Shown one piece after another: positions 19,781 through 31,783 of a stretch of 64,000 bases of DNA. Position 1 is the first letter of the stretch; every line of letters starts with the position of its first letter. The stretch spans positions 116,050 to 180,049 of the forward strand of contig JBDHUY010000003.1 of assembly GCA_039809385.1 (NCBI GenBank), in the 5' to 3' direction. A program made the position numbers and the translations under genes. The notes under the pieces were generated by a model. It was given only the letters and a program-made list of their open reading frames with translations, made no database searches and was not told where the DNA came from. The DNA is from Candidatus Altimarinota bacterium. Lineage in GTDB: Bacteria > Patescibacteriota > Gracilibacteria > JBDHUY01.

Positions 19781-20005
19781 ATGGCAGAGACTGAACCCGG
19801 TAAAAGAAATCAGAAAGTAGACAAACTGGTCAAAGGTATTTTGATCGGTGGCGCTTTGGGGTCTTTAGTAGGTGCCACGGTCGCCGGTATCGGGAAAAAG
19901 AAAAAAAATGAAATTTCTTCCTCTTCGGTCGAAAAGCCCAAGAAAAAGGGCATGGTTTCCAGTTTTGTCCGGGGAATGAAGGTTTTGATCAAAGGGAAGA
20001 AATAG
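19781..20005 (+). CDS. Small YtxH-like membrane-anchored protein
   Basis: GILIGGALGSLVG hydrophobic segment followed by a Lys-rich tail. Confidence 0.55.
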   Translation: MAETEPGKRNQKVDKLVKGILIGGALGSLVGATVAGIGKKKKNEISSSSVEKPKKKGMVSSFVRGMKVLIKGKK

Positions 20006-20036
20006 TTATTTGCACTTTTTAATTGTTTTGCGTTGC

Positions 20037-21461
20037 ATGTCTAAGTCCGCTCGTATTACAGTTGTAGCTTTTCTTTGTCTGTTTCTTCAGCCAACCCCGG
20101 TTTGGGGTGCCAGTGGTGATATACTACCAACTACGACCGGAACCGGGACAGTTGTTGGCGAAACGACCGCCAATGAAACGAAAGCGACAGAACGACGACA
20201 GAGTACCGTTTTGATCGATGCTACCGGAATAAGCGATCCGGCTGTCCTTTTGAAGCAAATATCTTCCCGCAAGATTCGCGTTATAAACGGCGGGAAAGAG
20301 TGGTCTTTTTCTTTGGATACCACCGATCTGCAACTTCAGAAAAAACGATTCGTGCAGTTTGCCGGACTAGAGCTCCCGCTTCGCTTTGGGGCGGCTACCG
20401 ACTTTCCTGTGAAAGAAAAATATGTCATACCAGTTCCTTTCGAGCGGATAATTCCTTACTTGGAGGCAGGTCCTGAAAAAGAACTGAACCGCGATAAAAA
20501 AGATGTTACGATCCGTCGCGAAAACGATCAGATCGTTTTCGATGGCACTGCCGAGGACGGGCAGAAAGTAAGCCGTGAAGCTTTCGTCAAAACGCTTGGT
20601 CTTTCGCTGGAAAAAGATATTTCCACGCTGCAACTTCCCGTAATCGATCGGGCCGGCCAGGTTTTTGCCGATAAGAGTATTCAGGATCTCAATATTAAAG
20701 AACTGGTTAGTACCGGACTATCCGATTTCGCCGGCTCTCCCAAAAATCGAGTACATAATATCGGGGTGGGCGTTCGCAAATTTAACGGCGTCGTAATCAA
20801 AAAAGGCGACGAGTTTTCTTTTAACGATCATTTGGGACCGGTCGACGGGGCTCACGGTTTTTTGCCCGAACTGGTGATCAAAGGTCCCGAAACGATTCCC
20901 GAATTCGGCGGAGGTTTGTGTCAGGTTTCGAGTACTATGTTTCGGGCTGCGCTGTTTCGCGGCTTGCCGATCCTGGAACGTCGCAACCATTCCTATGCGG
21001 TGACCTATTACAAATGGCCGCTCGGCTGGGGCTTTGACGCCACGATCTATCCGGGGGCGGTTGATATGCGTTTTAAAAACGATACGCCGGGTGATCTCCT
21101 CGTCCAAGCTTATATCGAGGGAACCAGAGTCTACTATAAATTTTACGGGATTAAAGATTCGCGCAAAGTCGACGTCAGCGATTCGATCGTCGTCGGGTAT
21201 CGCGGACCACCTGCCGCGGTCAATATTCCTACTAACGCCCTTCCGGCCGGCGCCAAGCGGGTCAAAGAGAACGCGCATACCGGCCTTACCGCCTATTTTA
21301 CCCGGCGTGTCGAATACCCGGACGGTAATACGACGGATGAGAAATTTACCAGTGTCTATCAGGCACGTCCGGCGGTCTATCTGGTAGGCGCATCTGCTCC
21401 TGCACCCGAGCAACCTGCTCCGACCGAACAATATTATGACGGAGGCCCGGTTGGCGGGTAA
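20037..21461 (+). CDS. VanW family protein
   Basis: RVHNI, GDEFSFN, GGGLCQVSSTMFRAAL, ERRNHS, DATIY. Confidence 0.9.
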   Translation: MSKSARITVVAFLCLFLQPTPVWGASGDILPTTTGTGTVVGETTANETKATERRQSTVLIDATGISDPAVLLKQISSRKIRVINGGKEWSFSLDTTDLQLQKKRFVQFAGLELPLRFGAATDFPVKEKYVIPVPFERIIPYLEAGPEKELNRDKKDVTIRRENDQIVFDGTAEDGQKVSREAFVKTLGLSLEKDISTLQLPVIDRAGQVFADKSIQDLNIKELVSTGLSDFAGSPKNRVHNIGVGVRKFNGVVIKKGDEFSFNDHLGPVDGAHGFLPELVIKGPETIPEFGGGLCQVSSTMFRAALFRGLPILERRNHSYAVTYYKWPLGWGFDATIYPGAVDMRFKNDTPGDLLVQAYIEGTRVYYKFYGIKDSRKVDVSDSIVVGYRGPPAAVNIPTNALPAGAKRVKENAHTGLTAYFTRRVEYPDGNTTDEKFTSVYQARPAVYLVGASAPAPEQPAPTEQYYDGGPVGG

Positions 21462-21500
21462 ATGGATGTATTTTTATTTTGCTTTTTTTGTTCTTCTTTT

Positions 21501-22091
21501 ATGGATATCCGACTTTTGAACGATGCCAAGGCTGTTTCTATCAAAAATAAAGACGTATCACTCTTGATCGACCCTGTTGATTCGCAGCTTGTTGCCGATC
21601 TGATTGTCTATACCGATCCGGGTAGAGGTGAAACAAGTATAAAAAGCAATAAGACAACCACTGCCAAAGTATTTTTCGAGCCTGGCGAGTATGAATCCCG
21701 CGGGATGTTTTTATATGGTTTTTTTTATAAGGATGCGGACCAGCCGACTCTTTTTTATAAAATCGAGTATGAAGGATGCCATATCGCCTATCTTCCTGCC
21801 GGAATCCGGATACTTTCTCAGCAACAGCAGGATGAGCTGGGACGTATTGATGTGTTGCTGGTAAATTTGGAAGGACATACGGATATGAAAGAAGTCAAAG
21901 ATCTGGTCGAGAGCTTGGAACCGGGCGTCGTGATCCCGGTAGTTCCGGCTTCGAGGGAGTCACTGGAGGATTTTTTGAAAGTCATGGCGAAGGCCGAAGC
22001 GGTTCCTGTCGAGATGTTCGCCGCAGACCGTTATCCGTATCAGGAAGACAAAACCGAGGTAGTGGTGTTACAATCATCTGTTGCTTCCTAA
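21501..22091 (+). CDS. Metallo-beta-lactamase-fold protein lacking the HxHxDH motif
   Basis: LLIDP, EPGEYE..G, IDVLLV, LEP.VVIP pattern. Confidence 0.65.
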   Translation: MDIRLLNDAKAVSIKNKDVSLLIDPVDSQLVADLIVYTDPGRGETSIKSNKTTTAKVFFEPGEYESRGMFLYGFFYKDADQPTLFYKIEYEGCHIAYLPAGIRILSQQQQDELGRIDVLLVNLEGHTDMKEVKDLVESLEPGVVIPVVPASRESLEDFLKVMAKAEAVPVEMFAADRYPYQEDKTEVVVLQSSVAS

Positions 22092-22174
22092 CCTTTCACG
22101 CAGCTTCCGCTTGCTTCTGTTCTTTTTTTCAGCAGTCTTTTTCCTTGATAAGGCTATATGTATAGCAACTTTTT

Positions 22175-22723
22175 ATGATTCAAAACCGTTTCGTCATTAT
22201 CGACACCGAAACTACCGGTTTGTCGGCTAACACGAATCATATCATTGAGATCGCTCTAGTTGTCGTGGAAAAGGGGAGGATCGTCGATCGTTACACGAGC
22301 CTGGTGGATCCCGGCGTGGCTATTCCCTCGGGTATTACCGCTATTACCGGGATCACCAGTCAAATGGTTTTTCGCGCTCCCCGCTTTTTTCAGATCCATG
22401 AGAAGATATTCGATTATTTACGGGATTCAATTCTGGTAGCGCACAATGCCCCTTTTGATACCGCGTTTATGCGCTCCGAATTCGGGCGTTGCGGAAAAAT
22501 CTATGCACCTCCCACGCTCTGTACGGTCCAGCTGTCCCGCAAACTCTTTCCGATGGTGATCGGACATAAACTTGAAGATATTATTTATCGTTTTAAAATA
22601 CCCTATAAGAGCCGCCACCGCGCCGAGGACGATGCTCTTGTCTTGTGGTATTTTCTCGATCACGTACGAACCCGATTCGGAGACGAAAAGCTTGCCGCAG
22701 TCATGCGCGGATTGATTCGTTGA
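22175..22723 (+). CDS. DEDDh 3'-5' exonuclease (DnaQ/epsilon-like)
   Basis: IDTETTG, VAHNAPFD, HRAEDDA. Confidence 0.9.
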   Translation: MIQNRFVIIDTETTGLSANTNHIIEIALVVVEKGRIVDRYTSLVDPGVAIPSGITAITGITSQMVFRAPRFFQIHEKIFDYLRDSILVAHNAPFDTAFMRSEFGRCGKIYAPPTLCTVQLSRKLFPMVIGHKLEDIIYRFKIPYKSRHRAEDDALVLWYFLDHVRTRFGDEKLAAVMRGLIR

Positions 22724-22871
22724 GGGATTTGTATGGAGGTTCTTTCAACGTAGTACGTTTTTTCTGGCGTTTGCAACGAGCTCAAAAAAACGATATCCTG
22801 CCTACGTGGAAAAGAGATCTTAATGTTTGACAACGTAATTCTACAACTGATTGTAATTGTCATCAAAGCAT

Positions 22872-23014
22872 AAAATCCTAAATCCGAAACTCTAAATTCG
22901 AAATAAATCACAAAAACGAAATACTAAACTGGGAGCATGGTTTGTGATTTACATATTGGTATTTCGAATTTGTTTAGTCCGCCTAGGCGGATCGATATTC
23001 AAGCTTAGGATTTT
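22872..23014. repeat. 7-nt-period inverted-arm element
   Basis: aaatcct aaatccg aaactct aaattcg ... ttaggatttt; internal tccgcctaggcgga. Confidence 0.7.
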
Positions 23015-23069
23015 TGCCATCGTTACGCTACCTTGTAGAACTAATTTGTGGTAACTTTACCTATACAAT

Positions 23070-24890
23070 ATGTCGTCCATTCACATTTTATCCAAGAACC
23101 TCGCCAATCAGATCGCGGCTGGTGAAGTAATCGAACGTCCTTTTTCGATAGTCAAAGAGCTAGTTGAAAACAGTCTCGATGCCGGAGCAAGCGAAATTCG
23201 CATCTTGCTTGAACAGGGAGGGAAACAAAAGATCGAGGTGATCGATAACGGAGCGGGGATGGATCGTGCCGACGCGCTGCTGGCCTTGGAGCGATTTGCT
23301 ACGAGTAAAATCACAAACGAAGACGATCTTTTTCGCATTTCCACTTTCGGGTTTCGGGGGGAAGCCTTACCCAGTATCGCCTCGGTTTCGATTCTCACGT
23401 TACAGACTTCCACTGAGCCTCACGGAGCGGGAACAGAGGTTCGGGTCAAGGGAGGAGAACGTGAATACGTGAAGGATACTGCTTTTAACCTGGGGACCCG
23501 TATGTTGGTCGAGCATTTGTTTTACAATATTCCGGCCCGGCAGAAATATCTCAAAAGCGATGCGACCGAATTGTCGCATATCGTCGAATATGTCTCTGCT
23601 ATCGCGCTGGCCCATCCCGCCTGCACGTTCGGACTTTTTCATAATGGCAAAAAAGTCTTTGATCTAGTGCCCCGCGATACAGTTCTTATGCGGGTTATGG
23701 ATATTTTCGGCTCCGAGGGACATGTTGATAATTTTCTGCCGCTGGATACCAAGACCGATACATTCCATCTCGAAGGCATTATCAGTCACCCGCGTATGAA
23801 TAAAAACTCCGCCAAGTATGAATTTCTCTATGTAAATAATCGCCCTATTAAAAGTCCGCTGATCCATCGGGCCGTGGCCGAAGGATACGGGGTAAACCTT
23901 GAAAAAGGAGCATATCCTTTCTTCGTGCTAAATCTTAAACTGGATCCTTCCAAAGTGGATGTGAATGTTCATCCGCGCAAACTCGAGGTGCGTTTTGAGC
24001 AGCAGCAGTTGGTTTTTGACTTTTTTAAACGTTCGATTGCCGAAGCGCTGAACGCTCATTTTCCTGCTGATACCAACGTGTTTGGTACAATACCTTCTGA
24101 TGCCAGACAAGGGGAGTCTGTACCTTCGTTGGGTCGCGCGTTTTCACGCTATCAGGGGGCTTCTTCGCCGCGTTCCCCGTATGCTCGTTCATTCCGGAAT
24201 TCCTCTTCTGCCGATGCTTTCCCGACGCTTGCTCAACGGGTTGAGCCCTATGAAACACGTAGCTCAGGCTTCATTGCCCAAGTGCCGGATGGTGTTTCTG
24301 AAGTTTCTAAAATTGTTAAACCAAAAATTCTGGGACAGCTCCATACTTGCTATATTATACTTGAAAGTCCGGAAGGTTTTTCGGTGGTTGACCAGCATGC
24401 GGCACATGAGATTACGCTGTTTCACGAAATCAGGCAACGTTTTTCAAACCACGAGGTGGTCTCGCAGCCTTTGTTATTTCCGCTGGGGATCGATATTGCT
24501 CAGGCCCGGATGGCGCTCTTTACTGAGTTTTTCGATTTCTTTCGCGGGGCTGGATTTGAGGTGGATCAGGCGGGTAAGTATGCGATTTTGGTACACGCTG
24601 TTCCGGCGGTGCTGGGACAGACGGATGTTGAGAAACTCATGGCCGATCTGGTGGAAGATTTGGCGGTAGATTCGACGGTGTCTCTTGATCAGAAATACGA
24701 GCGGTTGTTTGCCACGATGGCGTGTCGCGCTGCGGTGAAGTTTGGCGATCCGCTTTCGGTATCCGAACAGGAGAAGCTCATAGCAGGGTGGTCAGCGTTG
24801 GAAAACGGGTATACGTGTCCGCATGGTCGGCCGGTGGTGCGTCATTTTTCGCTTTCAGAGATGCTGAAGTGGTTTAAACGACCGGGGTAA
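23070..24890 (+). CDS. mutL: DNA mismatch repair endonuclease MutL
   Basis: IAAGEVIERP, GFRGEAL, DVNVHP.K.EV, DQHAAHE, ACRAAVK, CPHGRP. Confidence 0.97.
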   Translation: MSSIHILSKNLANQIAAGEVIERPFSIVKELVENSLDAGASEIRILLEQGGKQKIEVIDNGAGMDRADALLALERFATSKITNEDDLFRISTFGFRGEALPSIASVSILTLQTSTEPHGAGTEVRVKGGEREYVKDTAFNLGTRMLVEHLFYNIPARQKYLKSDATELSHIVEYVSAIALAHPACTFGLFHNGKKVFDLVPRDTVLMRVMDIFGSEGHVDNFLPLDTKTDTFHLEGIISHPRMNKNSAKYEFLYVNNRPIKSPLIHRAVAEGYGVNLEKGAYPFFVLNLKLDPSKVDVNVHPRKLEVRFEQQQLVFDFFKRSIAEALNAHFPADTNVFGTIPSDARQGESVPSLGRAFSRYQGASSPRSPYARSFRNSSSADAFPTLAQRVEPYETRSSGFIAQVPDGVSEVSKIVKPKILGQLHTCYIILESPEGFSVVDQHAAHEITLFHEIRQRFSNHEVVSQPLLFPLGIDIAQARMALFTEFFDFFRGAGFEVDQAGKYAILVHAVPAVLGQTDVEKLMADLVEDLAVDSTVSLDQKYERLFATMACRAAVKFGDPLSVSEQEKLIAGWSALENGYTCPHGRPVVRHFSLSEMLKWFKRPG

Positions 24891-24927
24891 GAATGTAATG
24901 TTGAAGTTCCATACTTGAGAATCATTT

Positions 24928-25016
24928 TGCAGGATCAGATCTCCTGATCTAATCTATATGTTTACCAAAATCTTCTTTATAAAAAGAAAAGACCAGGTCA
25001 GAAACCTAGTCCTGCA
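24928..25016. repeat. REPIN-like paired palindromes (TGCAGGA...TCCTGCA)
   Basis: tgcaggatcagatctcctgatct ... agaccaggtcagaaacctagtcctgca; second copy at 33420-33849. Confidence 0.7.
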
Positions 25017-25025
25017 TAAAAAACT

Positions 25026-25592
25026 TTATTCGACGATCAGCCCTTTTCCATAGTTCTCGCTACAAACTCCCCTAATCTCTCGTTGCGAATCTCCTGTTTT
25101 TTTCAGAGAAATCCGAAAAAAACGTTTTCCGGAAGTCTTTTCCAATATTGGTATCAATATCTCCGGCCATTCGACGAGCATAATGGTTTTAGAGTTCATC
25201 AGCAGATCTTCTACGCCTAGCGGAAAAAGTTTCTCAATTTCCTCTACCCGGTAGAGATCCAGGTGGCAAAAAAGACCTTGTTCTTGGTTAAGCGAGAACG
25301 GGTACGTATGCATATAAATATAGGTAGGGCTGTTAATAACCTCTTCGATCCCAAGCCCCTGGCCTACTCCCTGTGTAAAGCAGGTTTTTCCGCTGCCCAG
25401 ATTGCCGTGTAACAAAACGATATCGCCCCACTGTAATTTTTTGCCAAACTCGACACCCAGGTCAAACGTATCCTGCGCAGAATTACTTGTATGACGAAAG
25501 GACCAGGTTCCGTTTTGGGCTGTATTCCAGGTTATTATTTTACTCTTAAAGGGAATAACTTCAGGATAAGGCGGTTTTGCGTTCTTGGACAT
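25026..25592 (-). CDS. tsaE: tRNA threonylcarbamoyladenosine biosynthesis ATPase
   Basis: LHGNLGSGKT, SPTY, HLDLYR, VEWPE. Confidence 0.92.
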   Translation of the reverse strand: MSKNAKPPYPEVIPFKSKIITWNTAQNGTWSFRHTSNSAQDTFDLGVEFGKKLQWGDIVLLHGNLGSGKTCFTQGVGQGLGIEEVINSPTYIYMHTYPFSLNQEQGLFCHLDLYRVEEIEKLFPLGVEDLLMNSKTIMLVEWPEILIPILEKTSGKRFFRISLKKTGDSQREIRGVCSENYGKGLIVE

Positions 25593-25646
25593 TTTTTGCT
25601 AAAATAAGAAGAAATCACATCAAAATATATCTTAAAACAAAAACAT

Positions 25647-27215
25647 ATGGAAGAAAACAAGCATCCTGCCGCGCCGTCTTTTTTTACTCCCAAGAATATT
25701 GCCATTCTGGTAGGGGTAGGCGTCTTGACCGTAGCTCTCTATCTGTTCGGGTCGGGTACTTTGTTTAAAGCCAGTATCCTGGATCTGAGCCAAGTGCCGG
25801 CGTTTAACGGTACGGTTCGTCCGATCAACAAAACACTCAATTGGGCCAAATTGTCCTCACAACAATTTGCCGACTTCAAAAGCGGCGCATTAAATTTTGA
25901 CAATGCGGGCGACTTGTTAGTAGATTTACCTGATTATGACCCGAACGGGTTGTGTAATCCGACGAGCGATCCGGCATCCCAGCAGGCGCTAAAAACCTTT
26001 GTGACCGCCTATATGGGAAAATATACCTCTGGAACAGCACCTGCCTGCGAAAATGCCGGAAGCCACGTAGCGGTTGATATTCGCGGTCCCAAACTTACTC
26101 CGGTTTATGCAGTTGCCAACGGAATGGTCAGTAAAAAAGAGAGTGGAAAGAGTAATGGCAATGTTGTTTGTGTCAAACATCCGAATGTGCCTACGTATAA
26201 AGCCTCTGGGGCAACCACGACCTATACTTCCTGCTATTTACATATGGATTCGATTGAGCCAGGTATCGAAGTAGGAACGGTAGTAACAAAAGGGCAACAG
26301 ATCGGAAAACTGGGAACTACCGGAACTTCGACGACCTTTCATGTTCATTTTCAACTGGATAAAAGCGATGCGCCATTTGATCCCTATTGGCCATTTACTT
26401 CCGCCGAAGCCACAGCGGCCGGGCTGGATTTCTTTAGCGGCGTTAACGAAGGTTTAGGGAAAGATAAGGGACTTCAATTTACTGAAAATCCAATGGAATG
26501 GGTTGAAGAAAACCTTACCTTCGGAACTACCGCTTCGGTCGGTACCACGGATGTCCCTTTGCGTCCTTCCGCTCCGGTAGCGGGGGATCAAAAAAAAAAC
26601 GAGAATATAGCCCCGCCTAGCTCGTCTTCCAGCTCATCCGGAGGTTCCTCCTCGGGAACTCCGACAGTTCCCACGCCTCCTACTACGCCATCCGTACCTG
26701 TAACACCTTCCGGTGACCGGTTCACCGATGTCCCCGACTCGCATCCCAATCAAGAAGCGATCTACGGATTACGGGCCAAAAACGTACTGGCCGGGAATCC
26801 CGATGGTACCTTCAAACCTGACGATCCGGTCAACCGCGCGGCGATGTGCAAAATCGCGCTGTTGGCCTACAATAAAGATCAGACACAGGAAGCCGACGTC
26901 TCGTTTAGCGATGTATCTCAATCAGACTGGTTTTACAAAATGGTCCGCTCGTGCGTCTCTCACGGTATCTTCAAAGGATACGCGGACAATACCTATCGCG
27001 GTGGCAATTCGATTCAGTGGCCCGAACTGGCCGTGGTTATCACGCGTTTAAAAGATTTGCCAGAGGGAAGTTGCGGCAATCCTGCGGGAGAGATTCCCCC
27101 CTGGGCCGAACCGGCTGCCGGCAAGATCTGTAAACTGATGGGCTTTTCCAATTTACCAATGGATGCCGCGACCAGAGCGCAGGTGGCGGAGAGTGTGTGG
27201 AGAACGTTGAAGTAG
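25647..27215 (+). CDS. M23 family peptidase with SLH domains
   Basis: TM anchor; HVAVDI, YLHMD, HVHFQ; Pro/Ser linker; SLH F.DV..HP..GNPDGTFKPD.PVNRA. Confidence 0.88.
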   Translation: MEENKHPAAPSFFTPKNIAILVGVGVLTVALYLFGSGTLFKASILDLSQVPAFNGTVRPINKTLNWAKLSSQQFADFKSGALNFDNAGDLLVDLPDYDPNGLCNPTSDPASQQALKTFVTAYMGKYTSGTAPACENAGSHVAVDIRGPKLTPVYAVANGMVSKKESGKSNGNVVCVKHPNVPTYKASGATTTYTSCYLHMDSIEPGIEVGTVVTKGQQIGKLGTTGTSTTFHVHFQLDKSDAPFDPYWPFTSAEATAAGLDFFSGVNEGLGKDKGLQFTENPMEWVEENLTFGTTASVGTTDVPLRPSAPVAGDQKKNENIAPPSSSSSSSGGSSSGTPTVPTPPTTPSVPVTPSGDRFTDVPDSHPNQEAIYGLRAKNVLAGNPDGTFKPDDPVNRAAMCKIALLAYNKDQTQEADVSFSDVSQSDWFYKMVRSCVSHGIFKGYADNTYRGGNSIQWPELAVVITRLKDLPEGSCGNPAGEIPPWAEPAAGKICKLMGFSNLPMDAATRAQVAESVWRTLK

Positions 27216-27249
27216 TCACGGATTCATATAGTTGCCTATTGAGGGTATA

Positions 27250-27281
27250 AAAAGATCATTCTCAAAACGGAACGATCTTTT
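27250..27281 (+). terminator. Putative intrinsic terminator
   Basis: aaaagatc.ttc-loop-gaa.gatctttt hairpin with T tract after the M23 gene. Confidence 0.5.
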
Positions 27282-27550
27282 TTGACTCGATCCATACAAT
27301 GGAATTATTGAATAATTCTCATTATTTTAGAAATAGATCCTGGAAAATTTTCCATTCCCTAATCATAAAATGACTTTTTGAATTAAAAGTTATGAATTTA
27401 TTATCTTTCTCTATTGATCTGCTTGGTTGAGTTTTGTACTCTTAGGATTAGTTCCAAGGTCCCATTAGTGCCATATGTCTGTATTCATCCTTACTGGACT
27501 TAATAGTCCCTCGACCCAGTAAATTGATCTTTATCCCATAAAATTTTTCT

Positions 27551-27970
27551 ACGGAGCGACAAAATGCGAGAGGTATTGTCAAGAAAGACGACACCATCAT
27601 TCTCATACACAGAATAAAAAACAATCAAGAATACTGGGTGGTTCCTGGAGGGGGAATCGAAAAGGGAGAAACTTCCCAAGAGGCACTTACAAGAGAAATG
27701 AAAGAAGAGTTGGGTATTCAGGTTCGGATAATAAAGGAAGCTGCAAGAATTAGGAAAGATATGAACGGTATAGTTACTACTGAAACATTCTATTGCTGTG
27801 AATATTTATCTGGAGAAATAGGCTCTGGCCAGGGAGAAGAATTCACTATAAGGAATACCTCACAGAATTTTTATAAGATCGAAGCTTTAAATGCTGAGGC
27901 TATCCAGAAGGCTATTATTATGCCTACTGCAATAAAAAATGTCTTAATAGACATTTTGAATGATGTTTAA
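27551..27970 (+). pseudogene. NUDIX hydrolase with lost or non-canonical (ACG) start
   Basis: Frame reads ACG-ERQNARGIVKKDDTIILIHRIKNNQEYWVVPGGGIEKGETSQEALTREMKEELG; in-frame TAA at 27539; no ATG before the conserved N-terminus. Confidence 0.65.
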
Positions 27971-28095
27971 TTAACAAAAAGGTTTGTTTAATAAACTTGA
28001 ATATCTGAAAAGTAATTTCTGGTACAAATTTCTTTATTGAGAAAGGAAACCGAGATTTTATCTTGCTACTGACCTTTTTCGTCTTTGATTATTTT

Positions 28096-29481
<1,386 letters not shown>

Positions 29482-29551
29482 GGAAAACAACGAATGGAGT
29501 AGTGAAAGAGAAGCGGAAGGGGATACCGGATCTTCTCTTTTTTATAAGCCC

Positions 29552-29938
29552 CGTGCCTATCTATAAGCCGAGTTCTGTCGCATATTGCAAAGCAATATAC
29601 GGATGTTTATCTCTCTTGTCCCGGAATCGCTTCCGGGATCGTGCGGCGTGCACGCGTGCCGAGTGCAAAAGTACAGGTGGTTCACGCGTTCCATTCACGC
29701 CTTGTACCCGAGCAGGGTTTTTCGACATGCCTCTTAATAAAAAGAGGCCGTTCCCCCTGAGGAGGACTTTTCACCTTTCGCCCCGACCAGGAAGGACGGG
29801 ACTAGTATGGTCTCTGTGACACTTTCCATCCCGCGACGTTTCAGGCCGCGGGTGTTCCCGTTAGGAACTGCCGTCTTTTGAGGTACCCGGACTTTCCTCC
29901 CCGATTTTTAACATCGGGGCAAACATCCGATAAACACG
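29552..29938 (-). ncRNA. rnpB: RNase P RNA
   Basis: Minus strand carries GAGGAAAGUCCGGG, GGAAAGUGUCACAG and ACAGAACUCGGCUUA; terminal P1 helix cgtgtttatc/gataggcacg. Confidence 0.95.
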
Positions 29939-30015
29939 AGGCGAGCAAAGTGTAGCTTGTTTTTTGTGTAAAAACCAGTAGTTTTAGAGTAGTTTTTTAA
30001 ATGTAAACTTTGACG

Positions 30016-30252
30016 ATGATGCCTTTATTTTTTCGACTCGGTTCCGGTAAGGCCCTTCTCTGGGTAGGTGGTGTCTTCGTATTATTCGGCATATTGGTCG
30101 CGCTGGATCCTCAAATCCTGGTATTTTTGATCTCGGGTTTCTTCATCCTGGTAGGAGGAACCTTGTTTGCTGTCGGATTAACCTTGTACCAGGCTGCTAA
30201 ACGCCGGGGTGGCGGGAAGGCTTTTGTCGAAGAGAGGACGTGGAAGCTGTGA
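30016..30252 (+). CDS. Small two-TM membrane protein
   Basis: Two hydrophobic helices and a basic tail. Confidence 0.6.
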   Translation: MMPLFFRLGSGKALLWVGGVFVLFGILVALDPQILVFLISGFFILVGGTLFAVGLTLYQAAKRRGGGKAFVEERTWKL

Positions 30253-30295
30253 TAGTGCAAAGTTCAAAGTGTAAAATGAAAAGTGTGGAGATTCC

Positions 30296-30569
30296 TTGAA
30301 ATCGGTAGAAATTAATACAAACTTCTTGTAGATAGAGAAAAAATGATCTTCGGGTGTCTTAAAAAATAAGTAGTTGATGTTGGCAGCCATCTCACTAATG
30401 GTGTTTTACAATACTATACGTGTTCCCGGATGCTGGGCCACCGCCCTTGGCGGGACAAGCAAGCCATGATGATTCCAACTCTCGTATCGGTACTAGTTTC
30501 TTTAGACTGATTTTAGACATTGTAACCCCAATAAACTTTTACTAATTTCTATGAATTTCAACCAATTTC
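30296..30569. repeat. 10-nt-period inverted arms enclosing a 33-bp REP copy
   Basis: ttgaaatcggtagaaatt ... aatttctatgaatttcaaccaatttc; 30434-30466 identical to 59103-59135. Confidence 0.65.
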
Positions 30570-30587
30570 CTGGGCATCGTTTATTCT

Positions 30588-31748
30588 ATGCCGAGTTCTC
30601 TTATGCAAGCTGATTCCCCTCAATCCCGCAACGTTCTCATTCTCGACCCGGCTAACTTTATCGGCGGGGCGGAGCTGTTTATGCTGGATTTTCTCAAAGG
30701 AGCGGCCGCGCATAAAGATATTACTTTTGTCGTGGGAACAACCGGACTGGAAGCGTATGTTCAACAGGTTCCCGAATCTGTCCCGGCGCATACATTGTTT
30801 CTGCCGCGTCTCAAAAGTACTTCGATCTCTTCCTGGTTTGACCTCTTCCGTGCAGTGCGGCTGTTACGGAGATTTGTGCGCGAGAAAAAGATCGACGTGA
30901 TTTTGTCTAATTCGGTGCGGGCCAACGTGATCGCCGCTTTGGCATTGCCCAAAAAAGTGCGACTAGTCTGGATGCTGCACGATTTTACGTTTCCGATTCG
31001 CCTTATGCGGTTTCTTGCCAAGAAACCTCATAAAATAGTGTGCGTTTCGCGGATCGTACAGAAATATTTTCTATCTGCCACGCGCGGCAAATGGGAAGAC
31101 AAAACTGAGATTATTCCCAACGGAGTGGATCTTGGTCTTTTACAAAAACGATCTATCGAAAAAGTGACGCTGCCTCAGAAAAAAAACGACGAATATTGGA
31201 TTGGCAACATAGGGCGTATCGAGCCATGGAAAGGCCAGCTCTATTTTCTCAAAGCTGCTCGCCGGGTACTCTCGAAAATTCCTGCGGCCTATTTTTTTGT
31301 GATCGGATCTCCGGTTGATCACGACCCGGTATCCAAAGCATATTACGAAGAGATCAAAACGTACGTGACCAAAAGCGGATTGTCGCATAAAATCATTTTT
31401 ACCGGATATCTGAAAAACGTATATCCGCTCCTTTCTCAGCTGGATATTCTTGTACACACAGCGGTTGAACCCGAACCTTTCGGACGAGTGATTGTCGAAG
31501 GGATGGCGTTTGGTAAAACCGTGATCGCTTCGCCGCTGGGGGGGCCTGCCGAAACGCTTGAGCACGAAAAAACCGGACTGTTAGTCGATCCGCGTGATAC
31601 TGTATTGCTGGCCTCCACCATTCTTGAGCTTTGTAATAACCCGGCCAAACGGGCCTTGATCGGGGCGGCAGCGTTGCGAAGCGTGAAAGTTTCATACCAG
31701 CAAGCTTTTGTTACCGAACGTCTGATTCGGTGTTTGTATTCCGTCTGA
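30588..31748 (+). CDS. Glycosyltransferase family 4
   Basis: GGAE, IPNGVD, GRIEPWKG, EPFGRVIVEGMAFG. Confidence 0.92.
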   Translation: MPSSLMQADSPQSRNVLILDPANFIGGAELFMLDFLKGAAAHKDITFVVGTTGLEAYVQQVPESVPAHTLFLPRLKSTSISSWFDLFRAVRLLRRFVREKKIDVILSNSVRANVIAALALPKKVRLVWMLHDFTFPIRLMRFLAKKPHKIVCVSRIVQKYFLSATRGKWEDKTEIIPNGVDLGLLQKRSIEKVTLPQKKNDEYWIGNIGRIEPWKGQLYFLKAARRVLSKIPAAYFFVIGSPVDHDPVSKAYYEEIKTYVTKSGLSHKIIFTGYLKNVYPLLSQLDILVHTAVEPEPFGRVIVEGMAFGKTVIASPLGGPAETLEHEKTGLLVDPRDTVLLASTILELCNNPAKRALIGAAALRSVKVSYQQAFVTERLIRCLYSV

Positions 31749-31783
31749 TCCGCGGATTTTTTTGATTAAACCATTTTTTGCTT

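Noticed and set aside
20037-21461. Vancomycin resistance cluster (VanW, M15 peptidase)
   Set aside because: No vanA/B/H/R/S; the genes are far apart and belong to widespread cell-wall families
29502-29819. 105-aa ORF
   Set aside because: Antisense to the RNase P RNA
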